This document shows, one piece after another, positions 40,201 through 48,988 of a DNA stretch of 59,356 bases (positions within the stretch are counted from its first letter, which is position 1; the number at the start of each line of letters is the position of its first letter). Origin of the DNA: a virus (lineage: Duplodnaviria > Caudoviricetes); the IMG/VR virus record IMGVR_UViG_3300010234_000013, positions 1 to 59,356 of that record, one strand, 5' to 3'. The notes beneath the pieces were generated by a model. That model saw nothing but the letters and a program-made list of their open reading frames with translations. It was not told the DNA's origin and ran no database searches. A program made the position numbers and the translations under genes.

Positions 40201-41138
40201 TTTCAAATCCTGTTGCAAGCCATACAAGCACTTTGGTTTATACGGTTACGGTAACGGATGCAAATAGTTGTACAGATACCGATCAAATAACGGTAACGGT
40301 AAATTCAGCAACCGCAAATGCTGGATCAGATGACGAAGTTTGTACAGATGAATTAGTTCAGTTAAATGGTAGTGGTGGCGTAACTTATGCATGGGAATCT
40401 AACAACGGGCAACCAGACCCTGCAAGTGTCGCAGGGCCATATGTGGGGCCAAATGTAACAACCACATACACATTAACCGTTACCGATGCGAATGGTTGTA
40501 CAGACACGGATCAGGTAACAATAACGGCAAATCCAATTCCAACGCCTACGATAGACGACACAAGTATTTGTGATGATGACGATGTTGGTTGGTCATGGAC
40601 AGCTACAACAGGCAATTATGATGTAACAACAAAAATAGGTGCCGGAACTCCTGTAAATCATCCTTCACAAGCAGGAACAACAATAGATATTGCTGAACTT
40701 GGAACATTTACTTATAGAATTACTGTAACCGATGCAAATGGATGTGATGATACTGAAAGTGACGCTGTAACGGTCACCAATCCTTTACTTATAGTCACCG
40801 AAACAACAGCACCACCGACTTTTAATGATTTGGGTAGCGCGTGGTCATTTACTTGGGATGCAACGACAATGAATAGGAATGCATGTTGTCTTGATGTTAT
40901 TGATTTCTCATTTGAGACATTTAGAAAAGGTGTTTCTGTGGACACACATTCTGGAACCACAACATCAGGATCTTATCAAGCATTTGAAAGTATTGCTTGC
41001 GCTACGTCATCCCCTGTTGCTGGTGATGAATTAAGAGTTACAGGAACGATTAGCAGTGATTGTGAAGCCACAGTGTATAGCTATGACATAACATATACTA
41101 TGACTTCGGGCGATGTTACAACCTGTGGATGTCCTTAG
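37293..41138 (+). CDS. Secreted S8 subtilase with long Ig/SprB-like repeat stalk
   Basis: MTRIYQTLLLTLLFTLNLAS|Q; VAIIDNG, SHGLSVAG, FASGN, GGTSAACP; many ANAG.D..Y.W..TVTDANGC repeats. Confidence 0.88.
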   Translation: MTRIYQTLLLTLLFTLNLASQAEYYSRSQTIRVDYNEVQARSINEDVSANINGTDVKITTDFIVSWKCNEEQQKKILSKYICTVTKEASYYTVINFFDVGSGFEFLKEAHDKDLIDWGQPDIIAPIRFETDPYFDTQHQIYDSTIYPFSVNMDTVWNITKGAGVKVAIIDNGLEDHDDLGTIDTTYNPFTGGTGEPLGPDTIGGSIYASSHGLSVAGIVNMQHNGIGGRGIAPEASLIGVNIFSDGISSAQIATGIDFAVNQGADVLVNSWGYIGSGGGNQCSVNFPLIEAAIDNASTNGRNGKGSVVVFASGNWSKTGTLGGTDECVTQPGSVENALAVGAINYQTGKRTSYSSYGIALDVMAPSNDQILNDRGKVTDNIGGVFTCSDAPNSYITGFGGTSAACPVVGGLAALLIAADTMLTGARVKDIIRASARDLGKIGFDTETGYGLVDFEIAFENLDNQLTLLELCIDTTDADNDGICATLDCDDSDLNAPYPCGSACDDGDSTTYNDVYLMDGCTCLGIACAEICETTSEKLFLTSDCADTLSWSVSDGSFNLIGSTATWTPPGSPDENYIITSTCKDSCYSTNENEVIIILTIDTGGTIISDQIICTSGDPDQISGIYLDENNVNYQWQSSIVDSFSGYSDIGGATSGSYDPTTISQTTWYRRMAHNACLDTSYSNVIEILVASPPTALISGNTSSCTTDSTTLTASGGTEYLWSTAETTAAVNVLPGTYTVTVTDANGCTATDDHTITDSGPCCTNVTVAGTLSGNQAICGGYDPTTITGTVASGGVGGSIEYRWYTNGGLNGGTGQNYDPPNISSTTTYYREARRDCQASWISSNTITKTVYGFPTANAGGDQTVGCASYSANLSASGGVSYLWNNGGTLSSTTISNPVATPSVTTDYTVTVTDGNGCTDTDVVRVNVRTNTSANAGADTDHCTGGSSNLSASGGVTYAWSPSTGLSATNISNPVASHTSTLVYTVTVTDANSCTDTDQITVTVNSATANAGSDDEVCTDELVQLNGSGGVTYAWESNNGQPDPASVAGPYVGPNVTTTYTLTVTDANGCTDTDQVTITANPIPTPTIDDTSICDDDDVGWSWTATTGNYDVTTKIGAGTPVNHPSQAGTTIDIAELGTFTYRITVTDANGCDDTESDAVTVTNPLLIVTETTAPPTFNDLGSAWSFTWDATTMNRNACCLDVIDFSFETFRKGVSVDTHSGTTTSGSYQAFESIACATSSPVAGDELRVTGTISSDCEATVYSYDITYTMTSGDVTTCGCP

Positions 41139-41160
41139 AACATTACTGTAGACAACATCG

Positions 41161-42081
41161 ATGAAAATCATAATATTTATTGTTGTGTGTTCGTGGGGTC
41201 TTAAATCTCAGGAATGTCTATATCTTATTCCTCAAGGAATGGAAATTGGTAACAACAAAATATTATCAAAAGGTGCAAGTTCGCTAGAAGACAAGTGCAT
41301 AGAAATATACATTGAAACTGACTTGTTTACATACAATAACATAGGGTCTGTTATCGCAACAGAAACATGGATAAGAGATTGGTTTTCAGGCGTAAAAGAA
41401 TTGTATGCGAATGAAAGTATAGAAATAAGAATAAGCGATATACATGTAAAAACACAACCATCTTGGTCTGATAATTTAGTGGACATTGTTGAGATACTAA
41501 ATAAATTTGGGGAAGTAACACAAAACAATTATAGCGGTAGACTTGCACACTTTATTACACAAAGAAATTTGGGTGGTGGTGTTGCATGGTTAGGTACTTA
41601 TGATTGGGATTACGCTACAAGTAACGGGCAACATTTTGGCCCATATGCGGTTTCTGGAAATATGACTTTATCGTTTTCTGAATTTCCTAATTATTCATGG
41701 AATGTAAATGTATTTGCTCATGAAATGGGTCATAATTTGGGATCAAGCCACACTTTTGAATGCGTATGGAATGGAGGCGATAGAATAGATGATTGTTTTA
41801 TTAATAATCAATGCAATTTGATACAACCTATAGAATACAGCACGATAATGAGTTATTGTCATTTAACAGCACATGGGATAGATTTTAATTTAGGATTTGG
41901 CACACTTCCAGGTGGGCTAATAAGATCAAATGTAGCTTTATCGCAAAGGTTGTATTGCGAATGTGAAGCAGTTGTAATCGACGCTCCTGTTTCTGGTGAT
42001 ATTAAAGGATATACTTTTGAACTTAAGCCAGGTGCAGAACTGTTGCCAAATACTAATTTGATATTGTGTGATACAATATGA
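41161..42081 (+). CDS. Secreted metzincin (M12B/reprolysin-like) metallopeptidase
   Basis: HEMGHNLGSSH, Met-turn TIMSYC, GGVAW; short signal ending KS|Q. Confidence 0.88.
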   Translation: MKIIIFIVVCSWGLKSQECLYLIPQGMEIGNNKILSKGASSLEDKCIEIYIETDLFTYNNIGSVIATETWIRDWFSGVKELYANESIEIRISDIHVKTQPSWSDNLVDIVEILNKFGEVTQNNYSGRLAHFITQRNLGGGVAWLGTYDWDYATSNGQHFGPYAVSGNMTLSFSEFPNYSWNVNVFAHEMGHNLGSSHTFECVWNGGDRIDDCFINNQCNLIQPIEYSTIMSYCHLTAHGIDFNLGFGTLPGGLIRSNVALSQRLYCECEAVVIDAPVSGDIKGYTFELKPGAELLPNTNLILCDTI

Positions 42082-42101
42082 TTTAAATAAACTAATGAAA
42101 C

Positions 42102-42323
42102 ATGATTGATAAGTTTTTAAATATTACCGGAAGTCATGCTTGGACGGGCTTAATGTTTTTATCATGTATTGGTTTGTGTGTGTTGCTTATGTTCTATCCA
42201 GAACGAATCGGAAATGATATACTCTTTATTTTGGGATGTCTATTTTTTGTAGAAAGTTTAGTTCATTTGACAGAGTTGATTAGAAGGTATGTAGAATATA
42301 AATGCAAAAGATTGAATGCATAA
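42102..42323 (+). CDS. Two-TM small membrane protein
   Basis: Two hydrophobic helices. Confidence 0.55.
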   Translation: MIDKFLNITGSHAWTGLMFLSCIGLCVLLMFYPERIGNDILFILGCLFFVESLVHLTELIRRYVEYKCKRLNA

Positions 42324-42357
42324 AAAAGGCGCATGGAGTGGAGTCCAACGCGCCTTT
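42321..42357. terminator. Hairpin terminator (T-run on minus strand, possibly bidirectional)
   Basis: AAAAAAGGCGCATGGA-gtggag-TCCAACGCGCCTTT. Confidence 0.7.
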
Positions 42358-42418
42358 GATAATCTTAAATCTGTTGCGATTTATGAGACAAAAGTACAAA
42401 GAATAATTGATACAAACA

Positions 42419-42458
42419 AGTAACAATTACATGTACATACCCTAAAACAATATATTCG
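42419..42458 (+). promoter_or_regulatory. Late promoter motif
   Basis: AGTAACAAT at 42419, TATATTCG at 42451. Confidence 0.75.
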
Positions 42459-42464
42459 CACTAG

Positions 42465-43367
42465 ATGGTAAATCAGCAAATATTCAGAGCAACAGATTGC
42501 TTTAATTTTGACCACAATGTTTACGTCACAAAATTTCAACCAAAAGTAATTTGCTTTCCTCAAGTGAATCGTGGACTTCTGGTAGATTGTGACGAAGAAT
42601 GGAATTGTAATCTTCCAATTACAGGAGATCAAAGATATTTCAATCCAATTCCGGCAGATGGGAAAATAATGCTTCAAACCAATTTCTTTGACGATGTAAG
42701 TGCAGATAGAACAAATCCGTCAAGCGGTTGGGGAACGTGGGTACATGCCGAAATAAAAGATACTGATGGAACGGTAGTTGAAACTAACTTGGCAAATATA
42801 GCAAGTCAATATGTAGTGGGGTGGACAGGAAAAGAATCTTATCAAACAATAGAACTTGACGCATCAATAATTGTTGAAGATTGCTTTAGTGTAAGACTTT
42901 ACACAAGTGACGGTCAGGAATCTTGCACGCAACATTTCAAGAAATCGGAGTGCGAAACATTGGTAACTTTGGAAGGCGTACACACCAAGAACGATTGTTG
43001 GTCAAATTGGTATGCTGTAGGTGAAGGATTTTCGGGAACTTCCAATTTTGTATACAGCAATAAAATCTATATTGAAGCCGATGTAAAATACTATGGAAGC
43101 GAAGTAGATGTAACGGATGAATCCGATATAGTAACAAGGTCGGAAGTGAATGAATACTATAGAGTTTTTCCTAGAAGATCGATACCACCCTATCTTATGA
43201 AGTACATAGTCAATAAGATAATGAATGCAAATAGCATTCTTGTAAATGATGATTCCTATGTAAATTCTGGAATAAGCAGAACATCGCCAAGTGAGAAAAC
43301 AAGTATGTTTTTACCTGTATTAGAATTCAGATTACCATACTGCGACATCAAAAACAGTTGTGCATAA
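42465..43367 (+). CDS. Cys-rich virion structural protein
   Basis: Late promoter, structural context. Confidence 0.55.
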   Translation: MVNQQIFRATDCFNFDHNVYVTKFQPKVICFPQVNRGLLVDCDEEWNCNLPITGDQRYFNPIPADGKIMLQTNFFDDVSADRTNPSSGWGTWVHAEIKDTDGTVVETNLANIASQYVVGWTGKESYQTIELDASIIVEDCFSVRLYTSDGQESCTQHFKKSECETLVTLEGVHTKNDCWSNWYAVGEGFSGTSNFVYSNKIYIEADVKYYGSEVDVTDESDIVTRSEVNEYYRVFPRRSIPPYLMKYIVNKIMNANSILVNDDSYVNSGISRTSPSEKTSMFLPVLEFRLPYCDIKNSCA

Positions 43368-43369
43368 TT

Positions 43370-43409
43370 GGTAATAATTCAAAACAAATAAGTTGATGTT
43401 ATAATTTTG
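43370..43409 (+). promoter_or_regulatory. Late promoter motif
   Basis: GGTAATAAT at 43370, TAATTTTG at 43402. Confidence 0.8.
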
Positions 43410-43415
43410 TAAAAT

Positions 43416-43664
43416 ATGGATGAAAAAGTATATGTAACCCATAATGGAGGAAAAACAATATTGTCTTATCCGTTAAGTGTTTGGGAGAAAAGAAAAGATG
43501 TACTAGAAAAGAGAAGCTTTGTGCTTGCGACATCCGCACAGTTGAAAATGCATGGATACGAAGTTGAAGAGGTAAAGGAAAAAAAGAAGAAACCAAAAAG
43601 AAAAAAAGAAGTTGAAGTTGAAATTCCAGTGGAAGAACCAACAGCAACAAACGATATAGAATAA
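43416..43664 (+). CDS. Small charged protein
   Basis: K/E-rich tail. Confidence 0.55.
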   Translation: MDEKVYVTHNGGKTILSYPLSVWEKRKDVLEKRSFVLATSAQLKMHGYEVEEVKEKKKKPKRKKEVEVEIPVEEPTATNDIE

Positions 43665-43724
43665 GTAGAAAATAAAATGATTTAGGAAGGCAACTATTTT
43701 TTAAATCATAAAAATATCTTACTT

Positions 43725-44375
43725 ATGTTTCTATGTGGAACTTGCACGCCTACACTCACAGAACGTTATGACAAATCGAATTGTGATGACAACAAACGAA
43801 AGGCAGGTGCATCGCATTTTGTACTTTTTAAATGCGGTATAACTTGGACTGATATACTGGATACGGCAGCATCGGGAGAATGGGAAACTAAGATGGGCGA
43901 TGGTTCCGTAATAGTAAGTCCTTTGGATGGTAACTTTGTAATTAATTCTGCAACAACCGATTCATTGGGTACAGATGGAAGAGGAAGAAATATAAGAGAT
44001 GTAAGCGAGTTTCCATTTGATTACACAAGTTCAAGTGCATTGTCGGATAGATCGGATGAAGAATGGTTTAGAAGTTTGAATAAAGACATTGAGCTTTATA
44101 CAATTGGGATTCTTGACGCAGCCGATGGATTGGCTTTATCCGATGATATTATAACATTGGTAAAAGCAGGAATTACAGGAGCTTCGGCAGTTGCTTTGAC
44201 AGCAGCACAACCGGCAGGTTTTGAAGTTTCAATTTCTTCAATACCTCAATTTAATCCAGTAAATGCACCAGGAAAATCAGGTCAATGGGCTTTCAGTGGA
44301 TATATCAGAAGTGGTGAAGTGTTGAGATATGCCGAAATTCCAGGATTGACAGAACGAATTATATCAGTTGCTTAA
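43725..44375 (+). CDS. Putative major tail tube protein
   Basis: 216 aa, beta-rich pattern, late unit. Confidence 0.5.
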   Translation: MFLCGTCTPTLTERYDKSNCDDNKRKAGASHFVLFKCGITWTDILDTAASGEWETKMGDGSVIVSPLDGNFVINSATTDSLGTDGRGRNIRDVSEFPFDYTSSSALSDRSDEEWFRSLNKDIELYTIGILDAADGLALSDDIITLVKAGITGASAVALTAAQPAGFEVSISSIPQFNPVNAPGKSGQWAFSGYIRSGEVLRYAEIPGLTERIISVA

Positions 44376-44398
44376 TTGTAGCTTAAGAAATTAACGAT

Positions 44399-46339
44399 GT
44401 GTCTGTATACGAATTATTACAGTCTATTGAGAAGAATGATCCTGCTAAGATAGCGGATAGTCACTTATTAGAGCTATATGATAAGGTTGCTACACAAGCA
44501 ACCAGACATACCACAAGATCAAAGTTTGAGGCTTTGTATAATATAAGCCGACCAAACGAGGATAAGATATTTAAAGATTGGCGTGAAAGTAATATAAGGC
44601 ACATTACCAGTGCGCCAATCAATATGTTTTCTTCAATGGTGGTGCGTGTATTGCATCATTCATTCGTTGACATAAATAATCTAGTAGATGAAACCCAAAA
44701 GGAATATTTGAATGAAGTATATCTCAACAGATATAACTTTGATAATTTCAGATATGAGTATTTAATTCCGCTATCATTCAGGGATTGCAACGCTTTAGTT
44801 GTTGAGTTTCCTTTCAATCCAAGCAATCCAGATGTTCCATTAACCGCAACGGCTGAAGAAGGCGGTCTAAGGCAAAATGAAAGTCTTGCTACAGAAACAA
44901 AAGTCGTTTCTTCTTACAACATTACCCATTACTCACATGACAAGTTAATTTGGAAAGCAGGCCAAAAGGATGTTTCAATAGATCCGGAAAAAGTAAGGTA
45001 TGCACCCTATTACATTGGTGTTGACAAAGAAGCTTATTGGATTATAATTCCAAGACTAGAAGAAGGCGACATTGTCTATGATATAAAAGATTGGTATGCA
45101 CATGACAAAGACATACTACCTGTAACGGAAATCGCAGGAAGAACAACTACGCATACAGTAAAAGCGGATAAGACAAAAAACTTACTAAACAGAGAGCTTT
45201 TATACAAGGAGGCATTCACTTGGCAGGCTTACGAATATTTGGATCAGGCCATAATTGATTTCTCAAGTGATCAAGTGAATAGTATTCGCTTCATGTCGCC
45301 ATTACTTGCTTTGGATGCTGAAATAGAATGTCCTACTTGTAATGGAACCGGATTTGTAGAAACCAATTCATATTTATCCTATGGTAAAGAAATTACTTGT
45401 GGAGATTGTAAGGGTACAAGAAAGATCAACAATGTAGGTCAATTCAGTACCTTAAAAATAAGAAGATCCAATTCAGAATTTGACAAGGCCGGAACTCCTG
45501 CAAGTTACATAACACCACCTACAGATACATTGAAATATGGTTTTGAAAGATGGCAGGAATTAATAAAAATGGCAGAACGCACATTATGCGTGGATCCATT
45601 AGAAAGCACAGGAAATGAAAGCGGAGTAGCTAAAGAATTAAGATTAGAGCCGAAAGGCGATCTAATGAAAGACATAGGCAAATCCTTCATCAATATGACC
45701 GAAGGAATACTTAATGTCAAAAGCACTTTAAGAACGGATAGCGAACCCGTATTGGTAAACATACCATTGCCATTAACTTATGAAACAAAGACGGTAGCGA
45801 TCCTTAAAATGGATGTAGAAACCGCTGCACTAGCTACAAGAAGAAGTAAGTTTTTGAAGCAAATAGAAGCAGAGTTCAGAGGCGATGAAATGATGATAAA
45901 GTCTTACAAATTGGCAATAGACTTTGCGCCATTGATGATTTACAATGATGAAGAAACGACAACGGCATTAGCTCAGGAAGCTTATAATGAAAAAGACATC
46001 ATAAGAAGGGATTTTGCATTGAGGGCTTATGAAGATATTCTTGCTGAAGACAAGAACAGCGAAAAGACATTCAAGGAATATAGAGAATTGGCTGAAACTT
46101 GGATGGTTGAGAATGGATTGTTTGATCATTTGGAGATGGCAGAAGAAGAGGAAGGTGAAGAAGCAGAAAAAACGATAGAAGAAGATGCATTACCTGAAGA
46201 TTTGGATGAATTAGAAGAAGTAATGACAGCGTTGTTAAATGAAGAAATAGATAGATCAAGAGCTATTGAATTAATAGTAATAATTGAAGACATGACAGAA
46301 GAGGAAGCAGAAGAATTGGTTGTGTCAACAGGATTATGA
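44399..46339 (+). CDS. Portal protein with inserted DnaJ-type zinc finger
   Basis: NESGVAKELR portal-like motif, size, acidic tail; CPTCNGTG...CGDCKGT. Confidence 0.75.
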   Translation: MSVYELLQSIEKNDPAKIADSHLLELYDKVATQATRHTTRSKFEALYNISRPNEDKIFKDWRESNIRHITSAPINMFSSMVVRVLHHSFVDINNLVDETQKEYLNEVYLNRYNFDNFRYEYLIPLSFRDCNALVVEFPFNPSNPDVPLTATAEEGGLRQNESLATETKVVSSYNITHYSHDKLIWKAGQKDVSIDPEKVRYAPYYIGVDKEAYWIIIPRLEEGDIVYDIKDWYAHDKDILPVTEIAGRTTTHTVKADKTKNLLNRELLYKEAFTWQAYEYLDQAIIDFSSDQVNSIRFMSPLLALDAEIECPTCNGTGFVETNSYLSYGKEITCGDCKGTRKINNVGQFSTLKIRRSNSEFDKAGTPASYITPPTDTLKYGFERWQELIKMAERTLCVDPLESTGNESGVAKELRLEPKGDLMKDIGKSFINMTEGILNVKSTLRTDSEPVLVNIPLPLTYETKTVAILKMDVETAALATRRSKFLKQIEAEFRGDEMMIKSYKLAIDFAPLMIYNDEETTTALAQEAYNEKDIIRRDFALRAYEDILAEDKNSEKTFKEYRELAETWMVENGLFDHLEMAEEEEGEEAEKTIEEDALPEDLDELEEVMTALLNEEIDRSRAIELIVIIEDMTEEEAEELVVSTGL

Positions 46340-46342
46340 TAT

Positions 46343-46987
46343 ATGAAGAAGCAATGCAGAATAATAGCCGCGCATAAACGAAAAGGAAAGCCAGTTAAGC
46401 AGCATGTCAGATGCACCTCAGTAAAAAACACGCCTAAACAAACAAAAGAGAAAAGTAGTAGTAAAACATTTTCAAATTACGATGACGCTACAAGTCAATT
46501 TGATAGTTTTATGGATGGTAAAGATGACGCGATAGCATCTATAAACGAATACACAGATGGTAACTATTCTGAAATAAATAGTAGCTTAAGAAGATCAGGA
46601 AAGCTTGATAGTGGGAATGATGCTACAGTCAAAGGAATCGATGAAGTTTTTAAATCTAATCCACCCGTATTTGAAGGAACAACTCATAGAGCAATAGGGT
46701 TCACTGATGAAAACAAATTCAAATCTTTTGTGTCTAGTTTAGAAGGAGGTGATACATTTGTAGATAAAGGATATATGTCTTCATCTAATAATAAAAGAAT
46801 CACAGAAGATTTTGAACATACCTTTAGTGTAAGGTTTGAGATTAATAGCAAGAAAGGAATATCAATAAAGAATTTTTCAAATTTTCCGAAAGAAGAAGAA
46901 ATATTGTTCAATAGGGGATCAAAGTTTAATATAAACTCTGTTGAAAAAGATGGGACTAATGGTTATAAGGTATCTCTTTCTGATTAA
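46343..46987 (+). CDS. VIP2/C2-like (R-S-E) ADP-ribosyltransferase
   Basis: EYT..Y..IN..LR, THRA, GYMSSS, EEEILFNRGSKF. Confidence 0.88.
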   Translation: MKKQCRIIAAHKRKGKPVKQHVRCTSVKNTPKQTKEKSSSKTFSNYDDATSQFDSFMDGKDDAIASINEYTDGNYSEINSSLRRSGKLDSGNDATVKGIDEVFKSNPPVFEGTTHRAIGFTDENKFKSFVSSLEGGDTFVDKGYMSSSNNKRITEDFEHTFSVRFEINSKKGISIKNFSNFPKEEEILFNRGSKFNINSVEKDGTNGYKVSLSD

Positions 46988-47744
46988 GCACATCTTCAAT
47001 GATTTCTATCCTAGTTATATGCTTAAGTAGAGATTCTTCAATACCGTAATGAAGACCTGCTACAGCACCAGCTACACAAGCATTTGTGTCTGTGTCATAA
47101 CCATAAGAAACTGCTCTTTTAATGCAATCTAGAAAGTTATCTGTTTCTATAAAGCATTTTATAGCAATGTTCAAACTTCCTACTACATATCCTTGAGGGT
47201 CTAAGTTAGACTCTATAGAGTATTTTCTATCGCATATATTTTTCGCATCAACTTTATTTTCTCCTTCATCTATTAATAGCATATAATCTAAAAAGTATTT
47301 GCAACAATCTATAGGCACTTTATGCTGATGTGTAAGTCTAGATATATCTTCGATATACTCATAATCTTTATTTGCTTTAAAGTCTTCATATATCGCACAT
47401 ATACGCATCAGGCTGCCATTCCCATTCATATGATCCTTATCAGTATCCGCGTCATTTGTTATAGCATCTCTTGTTGTAAGACCTACATCAAATACATCTC
47501 CATGCGAAGTGTAGTCGCTATATAAAAGCCAGTTGCGAAAATTCTGTTTTATATCTTCTATTGTATTCCCGTCTAATGTTGCGAGAATTAAAGATGTATC
47601 ATCACTCCAAGAACCTAAAGGTTGATTGTGAATCCCGTCTGAAGTGAAGGTTATATCTTTTTGCGGAGGCAAGAATTCGTAAGGTACACCAAGAACGTCA
47701 CCTAGTATGGCGCCATAAATGTGAGCATTTTTAGTCAGGGTCAT
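46956..47744 (-). CDS. ADP-ribosylglycohydrolase (DraG/ARH family)
   Basis: GDVLGVPYEF, WSDDT, GNGSLMR, LTH, DTDTNACVAG. Confidence 0.93.
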   Translation of the reverse strand: MTLTKNAHIYGAILGDVLGVPYEFLPPQKDITFTSDGIHNQPLGSWSDDTSLILATLDGNTIEDIKQNFRNWLLYSDYTSHGDVFDVGLTTRDAITNDADTDKDHMNGNGSLMRICAIYEDFKANKDYEYIEDISRLTHQHKVPIDCCKYFLDYMLLIDEGENKVDAKNICDRKYSIESNLDPQGYVVGSLNIAIKCFIETDNFLDCIKRAVSYGYDTDTNACVAGAVAGLHYGIEESLLKHITRIEIIEDVLNQKEIPYNH

Positions 47745-47853
47745 AGACTATTTCAACCTCTCCTTTATCGTTTATAGTCGCACCTAGATTGGTTTCGGAG
47801 ATTCGATCCAACGCAGTGTTTTTCTCTTCTTTTTTATCGTCTTTGTCTTTCAT
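47731..47853 (-). CDS. 40-aa acidic peptide coupled to ARH gene
   Basis: Manual translation MKDKDDKKEEKNTALDRISETNLGATINDKGEVEIVYDPD; overlaps ARH start. Confidence 0.55.
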   Translation of the reverse strand: MKDKDDKKEEKNTALDRISETNLGATINDKGEVEIVYDPD

Positions 47854-47932
47854 TTCTTTTATTAAAGTGAATTATAATGATTACAATGTTCGTTTTTATA
47901 AAGGTAATGGATTATTCTTTTCAGTTCCCTTG

Positions 47933-48085
47933 TTACTCTTTTGAGTGCCTTTCCAGGTATTCTTTAATTGCCACATGAACGATTCTTGCTGCTGAAGACA
48001 TATCTTTTTTTGCGAATGCTTCAACTTTCTTTTTTAGTTCTTTATCGAACCAGAACGTCCATTTTATTTTATCTTCCGACATCAT
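47933..48085 (-). CDS. Ribbon-helix-helix DNA-binding protein (50 aa)
   Basis: Manual translation ..IKWTFWFDKELKKKVEAFAKKDMSSAARIVHVAIKEYLE. Confidence 0.75.
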   Translation of the reverse strand: MMSEDKIKWTFWFDKELKKKVEAFAKKDMSSAARIVHVAIKEYLERHSKE

Positions 48086-48086
48086 A

Positions 48087-48120
48087 CAAAGTTAATGCGT
48101 TGTATTGACTCAATCAATAC
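48087..48120 (-). promoter_or_regulatory. Leftward promoter with palindromic operator
   Basis: -7 TAACTTTG (48094-48087); GTATTG-N7-CAATAC at 48102-48120. Confidence 0.75.
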
Positions 48121-48150
48121 AATTGTGATAATCATCTAGTGTTTTGTATT

Positions 48151-48339
48151 TCATGGTGTTTTTATTATTGTCATTTCTTCTAAATATGCCTCTGCTTCTT
48201 TTTCGGTGGCGTAAACTCCGATAATTGTTAATCCTAACATATCTCTTGCATCTTCTTGGGATATATCCCAAATGCTGAAATATACTCCATGATATTTGTC
48301 TTCGCCTTCACATAAAATAAATTTGTATTTCTTTGTCAT
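48151..48339 (-). CDS. Small hypothetical protein
   Basis: 62-aa ORF in antisense operon. Confidence 0.6.
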   Translation of the reverse strand: MTKKYKFILCEGEDKYHGVYFSIWDISQEDARDMLGLTIIGVYATEKEAEAYLEEMTIIKTP

Positions 48340-48388
48340 TGCTTTTGATTTTAATGTTAGAGTAATTATTCTTTCATTGTTTTATTTT

Positions 48389-48877
48389 TTATATCAAACT
48401 ATTTGTAGATGCGCGGAATATCATTGTACTAGGCCAACAACCCCATGAATCATGAAATTCACGATCCGAATCATTCTTAACTGCGCCACCTTCTATTCCC
48501 TTGAACCCCCACACTTCGCCATCTGGAATTATCTCTATGCTTGTTCCAAACATTTCGTTCAACATGTCCGCACAAGTTTTCTTGTAGTCGAAAGACAACT
48601 CACGGTTGTTGGATACAAATTTTACTTGTGGTATATCCGTATTCTTGTTTGAATATTCATAGATGTCTTCCATGCCATTGAAATGTCCATACTGATATTT
48701 TGCAGTTATTTTTGCTACTTCTTTTTCCATCGGCCCATCTACCCAATTGATGTCCACTGAATTTCCCATAGAAAAATTATCAGATTTAACCTTGAATTTT
48801 ATTCCTGGAAAAGCCTCTTTCAATTCTTTGCGAATCGCCTTTGCTGCTTGGGCTGCTATTGACATTGTTTTTTTCAT
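48389..48877 (-). CDS. LPD29-like (polyvalent-protein-associated) domain protein
   Basis: AAKAIRKELKEAFPGIKFKVKS..SMG.SVDINWVDGP..FNGMED. Confidence 0.75.
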   Translation of the reverse strand: MKKTMSIAAQAAKAIRKELKEAFPGIKFKVKSDNFSMGNSVDINWVDGPMEKEVAKITAKYQYGHFNGMEDIYEYSNKNTDIPQVKFVSNNRELSFDYKKTCADMLNEMFGTSIEIIPDGEVWGFKGIEGGAVKNDSDREFHDSWGCWPSTMIFRASTNSLI

Positions 48878-48899
48878 CTCTCTCTTTTTAATTACACCA

Positions 48900-48933
48900 C
48901 TAAGATAATCTATTGTATTGTCAATGTCAATAC
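48900..48933 (-). promoter_or_regulatory. Leftward promoter with palindromic operator
   Basis: -7-like TATCTTAG (48907-48900); GTATTG-N7-CAATAC at 48915-48933. Confidence 0.7.
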
Positions 48934-48940
48934 CTTGTGA

Positions 48941-48980
48941 AGTAATAATAGAAATATCATTCATCCTACAAGTAGTTTTG
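48941..48980 (+). promoter_or_regulatory. Late promoter motif
   Basis: AGTAATAAT at 48941, TAGTTTTG at 48973. Confidence 0.75.
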
Positions 48981-48988
48981 AATTCACA

